Positions 47,101 through 58,599 of a stretch of 64,000 nucleotides of DNA are shown here, one piece after another; within the stretch, counting starts at the first letter, position 1; each line of letters begins with the position of its first letter. Under the pieces are notes generated by a model. That model was not told where the DNA came from and ran no database searches. It saw nothing but the letters and a program-made list of their open reading frames with translations. The position numbers and the translations under genes are program-made. Source of the DNA: Marsupella aquatica. Taxonomy: Eukaryota > Plantae > Marchantiophyta. Location: contig OZ316898.1 of the NCBI GenBank assembly GCA_973895155.1, positions 5,753,079 through 5,817,078 of the forward strand, given 5' to 3'.

Positions 47101-50100
47101 TTTCTTGATTAAGAGATATCACAATCTCGTCATTGTCAAAAACTTAGCCGTTGCAAATTGATTTCTTTGATTACATCGTCCGCTTGTCCACAATGCTTGC
47201 TTCCTGACTTGAATTGTTTGCATCCCTCTAGTCTTCAACTGAAGCTCACTGTGAAGAAAGGTTGACGCCAAATGCAACCTCTATGTCAAAGAAACAATTG
47301 TTGGTCTCCCCCTCACACCATAGTTTTCTTAAATTAAAAAAACTACAAATCCTTCGTGTGAAGTGATGGCTCGTTCATTTTATGTGTTCTTCCCACCGAA
47401 TCAACAAGCGCTCTTTTGCCAACAACTGAGTGTTGTCTTCCAGTCTGTCTTGTGGCGGTAATGCTCAATGTAACTCACAAATTATCAATCAAGAATGGTA
47501 AAAACACAATTTCTCCAATAATGTGTAAATAAAAACCGTCAAAAAACTCAATTTCTCCACATTCAACCTTTTGTTTGATAAATCTCCTCTATCTTTTGAG
47601 CGTTTTCTTTTATACAAGTACACACCAACACCATTGGGAGACTCAAAACCGTCAATCACTGCCTTGCTGAAAATTGATTTCACTTCATCATGCACACATT
47701 CCTTGGATGAACATGGGGGTACACGGATTAATTTCCAATTGGGCTGCTTGAGGTTTTCCTTGAAGAGAAAAAGAATACCAGCAATAAAGTAATGTTCACT
47801 TATGCCCCCATTATGCTCTAATAAGAAGAGACAATGGTCAAGTGGAAAAAATAAAGTATCATGAGAGAATGTGAGGTCACCAGGTAGGTCTGGATGGGAG
47901 GTGACATCATCTCACTGATATGAAGAGCCGACAATAATATCATTGTTGGATGTGCCAAACCAGATTCAAAATGCATCATTGATTGCCACCTTGGACTAAA
48001 AATCTGCTCGACCTAAGTACCCTAGTGTCATCCTGGTTTGCGCAAGAATTGTCAATTATTATAATGTGCCTGTGAATCCTCAGAATAATTTTGTGATGTA
48101 ATTTTAAGCATATTCTAAGCAATAGCTGATGTAAACAATGACTTTTTCAAAGTTAAACCTAGACAAAGACCATACGTCTGGTAATCCACGTGGGCTGGGG
48201 TAGGGTTTAACCTAATCATGAGAGACTTTGGCTGCAAATGAATGGTAAAAGTTGAAAAAATTATCATCCATTATTTGTATGTTTATTTGAAATCTCTGGT
48301 ATCTCCAAAGTGGCAAATTACTCGAAGTGCTCCTCATAACAAGAGCAATGCTCTCAAAAAAATATGATTTCTGTTAGCTTCATAGAGATTATTAGACCTG
48401 GGGGTCACTTAATTCCACGGAAGTGAAAAATCACATGCGACAAAATATAGGTCATTTAAATGGTTTTGATGGAAAACTTATTAAGTTGTCAATATAATGT
48501 CACACCATTTTAGGTAGTGTTAGAGTGTATCATACTATCTAGATCCGTATGTTTAGTATGTGTGCTATATGAGCCGATAAGGTTCTATTAGGTTTGTGTG
48601 AGAGGGTAGTTCTCTCTTGTGAGGCATCGAAAGGTATCTTTTGATGTTGAGCCTTGGAGGGAGGAGCTCGTGTTGTGGCTATGGTGGTTGGGGCTCCTTC
48701 TATGTAGCGTGGATTCCTTGAGTGCAAGGTGCGTCGGCTTGACATATGTGTGTGATCGGATTGGACGAGATCGAGTGCATATTGTTGGCATCAATCATGG
48801 TTTGATTCTATTGAGATTATTGTGGGTTTTGGACATGTGTGGACATGAGTTCCACTTGTATTCCATTCTCTCGTGTTTGTGATGTGACAGTGTGACTATG
48901 TTTGGATGTATGTGACAAGCGATGTATGTTGTGTAGCGATGTGTCTGCACACGACAAGAAATATAGAGATTATTAATTGCAAAATGCACACATGTCATCA
49001 TGTGACTGGTGTCGTACAACTTCATATAAAGTGACTTAGGGGGGATCATAAATGAACAAAACCTCCGCACGTGATGTATGGCCTTCCATATAGTGACCCC
49101 CCCAATACTAGACTAGCCCAATGTGCGTTGCACATAAGGATGTTAAGAAGAGCCAAAGATATTGAGGCAAGGAATGTTATTGTAAAAATCTTGTCATTCT
49201 TGGTTGACGGATGTTGTTCTTTGAAAAAGTGATGTTGTTGGCGAGGTTGTTGGGGAGGATCGGGGCAGTGCAAGACGGGATGGGCCTAGGTGCCATTGTG
49301 GGGCACCATGTGGAGGGAGGACATATTTTCTTTATCTTTATCCTTTTTCCCCTCGACTCTTTCTCCCTCCTTGGGCCTCTCTCCCCTTCATACTATCATC
49401 TCTTGGGAGGGTAATAAATGCCCTTTGCTACCTCCCCATACCACGGGAGGTCTCGGGGAGGGTAATCAGTATTTTCAGGTACATACAACCATGTTTGTTA
49501 CCCTTTGCTACCATTGTCCCGACTGACATTGCACTATAGACATACCATGGAGGAGGAAACTACATTACAATTACAATATACCATAATTCACTGTCATATA
49601 CATGCAAGATTGCTTCCATATTGTAGGCGTTTGCACACACCTGGGCAGTAGAGGTGGGCAAAATTTTAGCTCGGTTTAATATTGAAAGTAAACTGTATTT
49701 TGAGTTGACAGTAAGGATTCAGTCTTACTCTTTCTGCTTTTTGTAAGCAGACGATCCACCATTTTTTGGCAAGATCACATTATAGTGGTTGATTGCCACC
49801 CTTTTTTGGTATATTATATTTGTTTGTAAGTTAAGAAAATTAACCCAATTGCTTTCTTCAAATCATGGATATCATTGAACCCAGTTTCATGATCAGATGG
49901 CTTGGGTCTTCCTCAAGGTGAATGTGACCTCTCGTAGTTCAGTTGATTGAGGAGTGACTCAGGTGGTCTTGTCCTCCCATCCTATGGATGACCTCTGTCC
50001 AAGGCTAGCCTGTCCAAGAGCATAGCCTCTCCCTTTGTCTTGCTGAGGGTGGTCTAATTCACCTTGAGGGAGGTCAGAGTGTTAGGAATTTGACTCAAAT

Positions 50101-51644
50101 TCTTGACCATGTAAACCGTTGATTAGTTTAAAATAAGATATACGCTCATCGGCCATAGCAAGAAGGGGGTGAGTTTGGTTGAAAGATATAAAGAAAACCA
50201 AACTTCCACTACAGTAGTTTTCTTTCTATCTTTCATCTCAAATCTTAACTCATTTTTTTCTATAATTTTGTTTCCCTTCAACTTTGTTTATCTGATTACA
50301 GACCCCCATGGGAAGTTACTTCCAAAATTCTTGGATGCACATGCAGCCACATCAACATGATTTGTCACAAACAAGAACCATTAGTTGTGCAAGAAGAACC
50401 AAATTTGATTATTCGTGTTTGAGACAACCAAGGCAAAGAAAAACAGTTAGACCGTATAATCGTAAAAACAATGGAAAACTGAAAAGTAACGTTTCAAGTA
50501 CACACAAAAGGGGTAAAACAGGGATAAAATAGGGGCAAAAGAAAATCATTTGGATGAGCTGCATGTGATTGATGTATCCGTGTTTTTTGGTAATCTCTTT
50601 CAAATTTCTATTTGAATTTAAATATTTTTGAAATAATAACAAGTAAAAAGAAACTCTTTAACTACTCTAAAATTTACCAAGGTAATATAATAAACCCAAT
50701 AAACTTTTCAACTTCTCTAACATTTACCAAGGTAACCAAAGAAACCTTTTGGCTACATACTATGGATAGAGGAGTAACAAGCAAAGATAAGAAACACCAT
50801 AACTACTATGGGTAGAAGAATACCAATGGACTCTAAGACCTTTCAACTATGGACAAAATGATATCTTGAATGAATTATATGGAATGTTACATGTATTGTA
50901 CATACATAGAGGTACTTAGGGAAAAGTTTTGCATGGAAAATTACCCTAGTTATTACCATGAATATACTTCTATTTTGTCTTCAATTAATGAAATTATCCT
51001 AACTACCTTTAAAATTCACTTCATTTAGAATCTCCCATTTAATCCTTGTCCTTTGACTCATCTATCTATTCCAATGTGCAACTCTTCATGGCTCCAAATA
51101 GCTTAATAAAACAAGCTAACATAATCAAGGGGTCCTCAAACTAATTGGTTAAAAGAGGGTCATCAGAAAAAATTGAAACATCCTTTTTTCTTTCAAATTT
51201 ATCTAGTAAGTAGATCCCTAAGCAATGTAAAACATCTCAGCCCAAATGGGATAGAGACAAGAAAATTATGGCAAAAAACTCTATTTGATGATTCCTATGA
51301 TGCTGAAGTACCCAGTAGTATACAACAACATTATGAAAACCCGGGTGAAAACCAAAAAGGAAAACTGACTAACTTAAGGTAAGTGTCATTGGCTTAAAGT
51401 GCAACACTGTAAGTCACCATTTATTGTCATTTGTTTCTTATTTTTTAGGGTGTTCATCACCCAAAAACATTGTGCGTGGTATGGGACCCCCTTGAAGTGA
51501 GGCCTCAAGACTAGACTTAGGGTGTCTTCCATCAAAAGTCAGGGGGAGTTATCCAAAAATTACCATAACTACAATTGACTATGGACTGTTCAATTTAATT
51601 TGGGGCTAGTTTGTCATGGTTAACGAATTGCAAATGGTTCCAAC

Positions 51645-52119
51645 TGTTGGGTATTTACTCTTACGTCTAGGTTAGGTATGACGTGGTTGGTACAACAACG
51701 TGGGTTGGTACAACTACGTGGTTAGGTACAACTACGTGATTAGGTACAACTATGTGGTTAGGTACAACTACGTGATTAGGTACAACTATGTGGTTAGGTA
51801 CAACTACGTGATTAGGTACAACTATGTGGTTAGGTACAACTATGTGGTTAGGTACAACTAAGTTGCACACTATATCATAAGAGGCATGTGTGCTTGGAGA
51901 GGCAGAACCAAGGCTCATTGTTATGGAGCCACTTGAGAGATAGGGAGAGCTTACACTGTGGAGACTCGATATAGCCGACGGGCTTAGAGTTCAGTAAAGC
52001 TCTCTTGTGTGTTCCCGTGGACGTAGCCTCAAGGAGGTGAACCACGTATCTCTTGTGTCGACTATTGTGCGTTGGATGGTTCATGGGCTTGCCGTTGCGA
52101 TCGTCGTCTATGCTCAACA
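51645..52119 (+). repeat. 5' LTR containing an 18-bp tandem array (about 51689-51860)
   Basis: Ten GGTACAAC cores in GGTACAACTA(C/T)GTG(G/A)TTA units; TATA-like CTATATCATAA at about 51870. Confidence 0.95.
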
Positions 52120-52121
52120 AT

Positions 52122-52133
52122 TGGTATCAGAGC
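52122..52133 (+). promoter_or_regulatory. Primer-binding site (tRNA-iMet)
   Basis: TGGTATCAGAGC, 2 nt after the LTR end. Confidence 0.93.
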
Positions 52134-53273
52134 ATGCTTGGGAGGTGACGTGTGTTCGTGACGGGATTTCATGACGGTTTTTCCAGCGTTGAGTGTTGGT
52201 GGATTTTCCAGAGTTCCATCGCATGGAACTTGGAGTTTATGGGCTCAACGGATAGATCAGGGCAAGAGCTTTCTAACGGTGTGAAGAAATCGTTGAACGG
52301 AGCTCGTGGTGCAGAGAGATCTAAGTTTTCGTCGTTCTGGATTTTGTGAAGAAAGTTGGCAATCGACTCGGAGGGAGAAGCGTCAAGTGTTTTGACTCAA
52401 CGGAGAGATTGAGGCAAGACGATTGTTTTTGAGTCCGGGATTGGCTCTTTGATGCAAAGAGGAAGGCTAAGCAAAATCAATTACCTTGTTGGACTTGGTG
52501 ACGACACCAAGTGCAATTGATCAACATTCGTTGTTGACAAGGTACCATTTTTTTCTCTTTGAAAAACTGATTCGAAATTGGCTATGGCAATTGAGAGAAA
52601 TCTGTCATCTTTACCAATTTTTTTCTCCCTCGTTCTTTCCTTGTTTTGGGTGCTTCTTATATCGATCTTCATCGCCTCGGAGTCTAGTTTCCAAATCTGA
52701 AATCGGATCTTGATTTAGTCAAAACCCGAGTGAGATATCTTGCGTTTGGTGTCGAGGGGTACATTCTGCCGTGTGTATTTTCTGCGCGCGCGACCAGATT
52801 TCGACGACGAAGGGTGGTAGGGGGTTTTGGGGGTTCGAGGACACATGTCAGCCCCTCGATTGTTCTTCCAAAATTCCCACAGGGCCTGTACAAGGGTCAT
52901 AGAATATTCCAAAAAACCAGAGAACTATTTTTTGACCGTCCGACAAAGATTTCATCCGCCGAACGGTAACTTTTTTGGTTATTTTTCGGCGAGGTCGTAG
53001 CTATTGAAGTTGGCAATGCAGCGCACCAATCACATCGCAATTCCGACAACGGGTTGTACTTGGTATTTCGGTTATTCCCTGAGGTGGTCAAAACGGGGGA
53101 GTTTCCCAAGGTTTTACCCACCTCGACCGAAATTTGAATAACTTTTCCGTCAAATTTTGATTTTGATTTCGGTTTTCAGTATTGGACTCCTAGCTTTGTG
53201 GGCTACGCGGCGGTGTTGAGTTTCGAGTTTTTTGAGAAGTTGTGAAAAACAACATTTTTTGTGACTTTCTCAT

Positions 53274-54308
53274 ATGAGTGATTCGGAGGAGTTTTTCGAA
53301 GACGTGGAACTTGAAGCACGAGGGTCACCGCGGAGGTTTCAGGGGCAGAGAGAGGAGCAGGAGGAAGAGCACGTGACACCGATACCATCACCGGTGCGGC
53401 GTGTGGTGGAGGAAGCAGTACTACTACCGGAGCTCACGGTAAAGAAGAAGATGGGGACTTTCAAGCTTGGGGGACCCAAGTATGAAGTGACAAAGTATGA
53501 TGGGCGCTCTGACTACTTGCTATGGGAGAAGCAGGTGAAGGGAGTGCTTTATGCGTCAGGGATGGGCCAACTGCTGAGCCCTCGTGAAGACGATGTTGAT
53601 GAGAAACAATGGGACCGCATGCAGGAGCAGGGAGTGTGGTGTGTTACACTCTATCTCATGCCTCCCATCATCAAGCAGTTGGGTGCACATAAGGATTGCA
53701 TGTCCTTATTTGCGGAATTGCAGAGCAAGTATCACCGCAAGGAGTTGTCGAACCGGCTCTACACTTCCTACAAACTGATGAGTTTCAGGATGAAGGAATC
53801 TGGTACGAAGTTGCAAGACCATGTGGATGCTTTCAACGACATGGTCGTTGACTTGGAAAACCTTGGGGAGACTTTGAATGATGAGACGAAGGCTCTGCAG
53901 CTTCTTAGTTCATTGCCTCCATCTTACCAGTCCCTATCACGAGTGTTGTTGCATCGTGATAGGGATACCATTTCATACAATGACGTGGTAAGTTCTCTGC
54001 TTAGTGATGATCTTCAGCAGAAGATGCACATCACGTCACAGCCTTCATCATCTGGTGCTGCCCTCAATGTTAACCGTGGGAGGAGTATGCAGCGACCAAC
54101 TGGGGACCATAGAACCCAGTTTAGATCTAAATCCAGATCTAAGTCCAAGGGTAAATCCCCTCAGAGGAGGCAGGTGACATGTTGGAAGTGCAACCAAGTT
54201 GGACACTTCAAGCGAGACTGTAAGGGAAAGGCAGCGGAAACTTCATCGGCAAATGTGGCTAGGGCTGATGGAGAAGCTGATTTACTCAATGATGAGTATG
54301 TTTTATGA
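53274..54308 (+). CDS. Copia Gag (UBN2-type capsid plus CCHC zinc knuckle), 344 aa, ends at an in-frame TGA
   Basis: KYDGRSDYLLW, LLSSLPPSY, RGRS and CWKCNQVGHFKRDC motifs; acidic N-terminal extension. Confidence 0.9.
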   Translation: MSDSEEFFEDVELEARGSPRRFQGQREEQEEEHVTPIPSPVRRVVEEAVLLPELTVKKKMGTFKLGGPKYEVTKYDGRSDYLLWEKQVKGVLYASGMGQLLSPREDDVDEKQWDRMQEQGVWCVTLYLMPPIIKQLGAHKDCMSLFAELQSKYHRKELSNRLYTSYKLMSFRMKESGTKLQDHVDAFNDMVVDLENLGETLNDETKALQLLSSLPPSYQSLSRVLLHRDRDTISYNDVVSSLLSDDLQQKMHITSQPSSSGAALNVNRGRSMQRPTGDHRTQFRSKSRSKSKGKSPQRRQVTCWKCNQVGHFKRDCKGKAAETSSANVARADGEADLLNDEYVL

Positions 54309-57300
54309 AGCTGGGGGTATGCCCTGTGCACGTCATCTAGGAGAGCAGATGATGTGTGGATTCTTGATTGTGCTTGCTCTTTTCATATTTGTTACATTCG
54401 TGAGTTTTTCAGTTCTTACTCTATTTCAAACGGTTCAGTTCTGATGGGAAATGATCACTCCTGTCAAATTGAGGGAATTGGGTCTGTGAAGATTCAAATG
54501 TTTGATGGCGCTGTGCGCACAGTGTCCGGAGTCAGGTATGTACCTGGCATGCGTAAGAATCTGATTTCACTCGGTGTGTTGGATTCAAATGGTCATCAAT
54601 GGAGCGTTATTGATGGTGAACTTCAAGTCAGGTCGGGAGAGACAGTGATTTTGAAGGGGAGTAGACAAAAGAATTTGTATGTGTTACAGGGCAATACTGT
54701 ATGTGGAGAGGCCAATGTAACCAAGTCTCACGAGGAGATGACTCAACTGTGGCATTCACGGCTAGGCCACATGAGTGAGAAGGGTTTGGCTATCTTACGG
54801 AAGAATGGACTCATTTCTGATTTGCAATCTTGTAAATTAGAGTTTTGTGAGCATTGCATTCTTGGAAAGCAGCATCGTCGTGCTTTTGGTGTTGGAACTC
54901 ATCGTTCCAAAGCGGTTCTTGAGTACATACATAGTGACGTGTGGGGTCCATCCCCGACTCCCTCACACTCTGGAAAGTTGTACTATGTATCATTTATTGA
55001 TGATTACTCAAGATTTGTGTGGATTTATTTCATGACGCATAAGTCTGATATCTTGTCCATTTTTAAGAAGTGGAAGGCCCAGGTGGAGAATCAGACTGGA
55101 AACACGATCAAGTGTTTGGATACAAGGGTGAAGAGTCTGAGGTCAGACAACGGCGGGGAGTACACTTCAATGGAATTTGAAGAGTACTGTTCAGAACAGG
55201 GGATAACTCGCCATCTCACCACAGTTTATACTCCGCAGCAGAATGGTGTCGCTGAGAGGCTCAATCGGACACTGTTGGAGCGGTCACGGAGTATGTTGAG
55301 CCAATCAGGTTTACCACAAGAATTTTGGGCAGAAGCTGTCAATACCGCAGCTTATTTGGTAAATCTTTCTCCTTCTAGTGCTATCAATTTCAAAATGCCA
55401 TTTGAGATGCGCTATAAGCGGCAAGCAGACTATCATGGCTTGGTAATTTTTGGAAGTGATGCATATGCTCTCACACCAAAGCAGAATAGGACCAAGTTGG
55501 ATCCTACCTCCAGGAAATGTGTTTTTCTTGGGTACCAGAGTGGTGTGAAAGCCTATAGGCTATGGGATCCTATTGCCTGTAAGCTCGTTGTCAGTAGGGA
55601 TGTTTCCTTCAATGAATCCAGATTATTGAAGGAGGGGGAGAATACTCAGGTCTCCCGTACTGACAAAGGAAAATCTCCTATCCCGGATCTCGTTGAGGGG
55701 GAGATTGGTTATGAGGTGCATGACCGGAGAGAAGGAGTTGCTCCAATTATGGAGCTGGTTCCTGTGCCAGAGGAACCAGAGGAGTTTGTTGATGCTGGTG
55801 AGCAGCAAGTGGATGCTGTTGAGCTTCAAATTGTACCAGCACACGCAGATCAACCGGAGTCATCGGCTAGAAGAACATCTGGTCGCACTGTACGCGCTCC
55901 ATCAAGGTATGGACAGTGGGTTGATTCATCTCAACTGCAAGAGGATGATTTTACAGCTGATGATGAGGGTGATGCGTTAATTTTGGAAGAAGGAGAACCT
56001 TCTTCATTTCATGAGGCAAGTGCTTCAAAGGAGAAGCAGAAATGGACTGCAGCAATGCAAACGGAGATGCAGTCACTAAAGGACAACAAAACTTGGGAGC
56101 TTGTTAAGCTGCCTAAGGGTCAGCAAGTGGTGGACAACAAGTGGATTTACAAGCTGAAGGATAATTCCATAGGAGGTGGATCGAAGGTCTACAAGGCTAG
56201 ATTGGTAGCAAAGGGATTCACACAAGAGAAAGGTGTGGATTACAATGAGGTCTTCTCACCAGTTGCTAAGTACTCTACAATACGACTATTGTGTGTACTT
56301 GTTGTAATGTTTGGTCTGCTCCTAGATCAGATGGATGTTGTCACAGCTTTCCTCTATGGCACATTGGAAGAGGTGATCTTCATGAGACAACCGCTAGGTT
56401 TTGTGAAGAGAGGACAGGAGGAATTGGTTTGCAGATTGCTGAAATCCTTGTATGGGTTGAAGCAGTCACCAAGACAGTGGAACAAGCGGTTTGACGATTG
56501 GATTCGGTCACAAGGTTTTCACAGAAGTGTATTTGACCCTTGTGTGTATTTGAAACCGGTGAAGAATGTTGTCTTTGGGTTCATTGTTTTAGTACTTTAT
56601 GTGGATGACATGCTAATTACAGCCAAGGATAGGTCTGAGATTGTTAAGCTCAAGGCACTGCTTAGTGCAGAGTTTAAGATGAAGGACTTAGGGCCAGCTA
56701 AGAGGATTTTGGGTATGGAGATCACTAGGGACTTGGAGGCTGGCAAGCTATGGTTGACGCAGAGCAGTTATGCGAGGAAGGTAATTGCAAGGTTCAACAT
56801 GGAGAATAGCAAGCCAGTAAGTACCCCGTTGGCTCCACACTTCAAGTTATCATCAGCGTTCTGTCCTACGGATGACACAGAGAAGGGGTTGATGTCAAAG
56901 GTTCCATATGACAAGGCAGTGGGGAGTCTCATGTATTTGATGACTTGCACTAGACCTGATCTTGCCATGGCTCTGGGCAAGGTGAGCAGGTACATGTCGA
57001 ATCCAGGGAAGGTACACTGGGAAGCAGTGAAGTGGATTATCAGGTACTTGAAGGGTACCGTGGATCATGGTCTTTTATTTGATGCGAATGCAAAGAATGC
57101 TAGATCATTGATTGGCTATGTAGATTCTGACTATGGACAAGATTTGGACCGAAGGAGATCAACAACAGGATACGTGTTCACACTTGGCGGTGGATGCATA
57201 AGTTGGAGGTCTACTTTGCAGAAGTGTATTGCTCAGTCTACTACAGAAGCGGAGTATGTTGCAGCTGCGGAAGCAGCAAAGGAAGCGATTTGGTTGGATA

Positions 57301-57581
57301 GACTTATCACTGAAATGGGATTGCCACAGGGGAATGTGAAGCTCCATTGTGATAGTCAAAGTGCGCTCCACCTTGCTGTGAACCAGGTGATGGACAGCAG
57401 AGTGAAGCACATTGACGTCAGGTACCATTTTATCAGGCAGGCTGTGTCTGATAATTTGTTTGAGCTAGTCAAGATTGATGGTAAACTCAACCCGGCTGAC
57501 GCATTTACCAAAGTGATTCCTTTGGAGAGTTTCTCTAGACACCGTGACGTATTGCAGGTTTTGCAATTGCATCACAAGTAG
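54309..57581 (+). CDS. Copia Pol (PR-IN-RT-RNase H), open from the codon after the gag stop, same frame as gag
   Basis: PR WILDCACSFH; IN HSRLGH..CEHC, HSD, RSDNGGEY, VAERLN; RT YKARLVAKG, LYGLKQSPR, YVDD; RNase H YVDSD, EAEY, CDSQSA, NPADAFTK. No internal stops. Confidence 0.93.
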   Translation, partial: SWGYALCTSSRRADDVWILDCACSFHICYIREFFSSYSISNGSVLMGNDHSCQIEGIGSVKIQMFDGAVRTVSGVRYVPGMRKNLISLGVLDSNGHQWSVIDGELQVRSGETVILKGSRQKNLYVLQGNTVCGEANVTKSHEEMTQLWHSRLGHMSEKGLAILRKNGLISDLQSCKLEFCEHCILGKQHRRAFGVGTHRSKAVLEYIHSDVWGPSPTPSHSGKLYYVSFIDDYSRFVWIYFMTHKSDILSIFKKWKAQVENQTGNTIKCLDTRVKSLRSDNGGEYTSMEFEEYCSEQGITRHLTTVYTPQQNGVAERLNRTLLERSRSMLSQSGLPQEFWAEAVNTAAYLVNLSPSSAINFKMPFEMRYKRQADYHGLVIFGSDAYALTPKQNRTKLDPTSRKCVFLGYQSGVKAYRLWDPIACKLVVSRDVSFNESRLLKEGENTQVSRTDKGKSPIPDLVEGEIGYEVHDRREGVAPIMELVPVPEEPEEFVDAGEQQVDAVELQIVPAHADQPESSARRTSGRTVRAPSRYGQWVDSSQLQEDDFTADDEGDALILEEGEPSSFHEASASKEKQKWTAAMQTEMQSLKDNKTWELVKLPKGQQVVDNKWIYKLKDNSIGGGSKVYKARLVAKGFTQEKGVDYNEVFSPVAKYSTIRLLCVLVVMFGLLLDQMDVVTAFLYGTLEEVIFMRQPLGFVKRGQEELVCRLLKSLYGLKQSPRQWNKRFDDWIRSQGFHRSVFDPCVYLKPVKNVVFGFIVLVLYVDDMLITAKDRSEIVKLKALLSAEFKMKDLGPAKRILGMEITRDLEAGKLWLTQSSYARKVIARFNMENSKPVSTPLAPHFKLSSAFCPTDDTEKGLMSKVPYDKAVGSLMYLMTCTRPDLAMALGKVSRYMSNPGKVHWEAVKWIIRYLKGTVDHGLLFDANAKNARSLIGYVDSDYGQDLDRRRSTTGYVFTLGGGCISWRSTLQKCIAQSTTEAEYVAAAEAAKEAIWLDRLITEMGLPQGNVKLHCDSQSALHLAVNQVMDSRVKHIDVRYHFIRQAVSDNLFELVKIDGKLNPADAFTKVIPLESFSRHRDVLQVLQLHHK

Positions 57582-57772
57582 AGTTTTCTTAAACATTCAT
57601 TGTAATTACTGATATATGCTCTTCCTCATTCCTATGTATTAGGCTACGGCTTAGTTCTGGTTTGCTCTAGTTAGAGAGGGAAACCGGTTTGGTTTCTGTC
57701 CAGAACTTCCCGCTGAGGGATCATATACATTGGCAGTATTACTCTCCCCTAGACCAGAGTCAAGGGGAAGAT

Positions 57773-58247
57773 TGTTGGGTATTTACTCTTACGTCTAGGT
57801 TAGGTATGACGTGGTTGGTACAACAACGTGGGTTGGTACAACTACGTGGTTAGGTACAACTACGTGATTAGGTACAACTATGTGGTTAGGTACAACTACG
57901 TGATTAGGTACAACTATGTGGTTAGGTACAACTACGTGATTAGGTACAACTATGTGGTTAGGTACAACTATGTGGTTAGGTACAACTAAGTTGCACACTA
58001 TATCATAAGAGGCATGTGTGCTTGGAGAGGCAGAACCAAGGCTCATTGTTATGGAGCCACTTGAGAGATAGGGAGAGCTTACATTGTGGAGACTCGGTAT
58101 AGCCGACGGACTTAGAGTTCAGTAAAGCTCTCTTGTGTGTTCCCGTGGACGTAGCCTCAAGGAGGTGAACCACATATCTCTTGTGTCGACTATTGTGCGT
58201 TGGATGGTTCATGGGCTTGCCGTTGCGATCGTCGTCTATGCTCAACA
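57773..58247 (+). repeat. 3' LTR
   Basis: Matches the 5' LTR apart from 4 transitions; PPT upstream and TSD downstream. Confidence 0.95.
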
Positions 58248-58599
58248 CCAACCAGATCTTTTGGGTTTAGTTTACGTACATAGTATTACCAAAATGATAT
58301 TTTCCTGTCATTACATTAGAAGATAAAAGCAAATTAGACAGTTTTTGTTAAATTGTCCTTAACAAAATTTGCAAATTGATGGCTGACTGCCAATGCTGAT
58401 CAAATTGGCTATTGGAGTGTTTGCAACAAACAACATTCTGACATAGAAACCGAAACGTAGAGGAGTGGAGAGGAGGGGAACTTCAGAACAGATGCCCTTC
58501 TCATTCTGCAATTCTAGCTCATGCATACAACTCGAAATAAAATATTTTGCAACACTTTGTATCGAGCTCAAAACCTACTCTACTCCACAACATTGTGTC

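Larger units (their letters stand above)
51645..58247 (+). mobile_element. Full-length Ty1/copia LTR retrotransposon (Tork/Tnt1-like), recent insertion
   Basis: 475-bp LTRs 51645-52119 and 57773-58247 (TGTTG...CAACA; 4 transitions seen). TSD CCAAC (51640-51644, 58248-58252). PBS TGGTATCAGAGC (52122-52133, tRNA-iMet). PPT AAGGGGAAGA (57762-57771). Domain order gag-PR-IN-RT-RH. Confidence 0.97.

Noticed and set aside
48519-49050. TGTTAG-starting GT-rich segment resembling a solo LTR
   Set aside because: No matching CA end with a TSD and no clean PBS found.
49649-49803. TAGAGGTGGGCA..TTGCCACCCT hAT-MITE-like ends
   Set aside because: The TIR match is imperfect and there is no TSD.
51667-51918. 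VVPNH-repeat ORF (also at 57795-58046)
   Set aside because: It is the antisense translation of the 18-bp LTR array.
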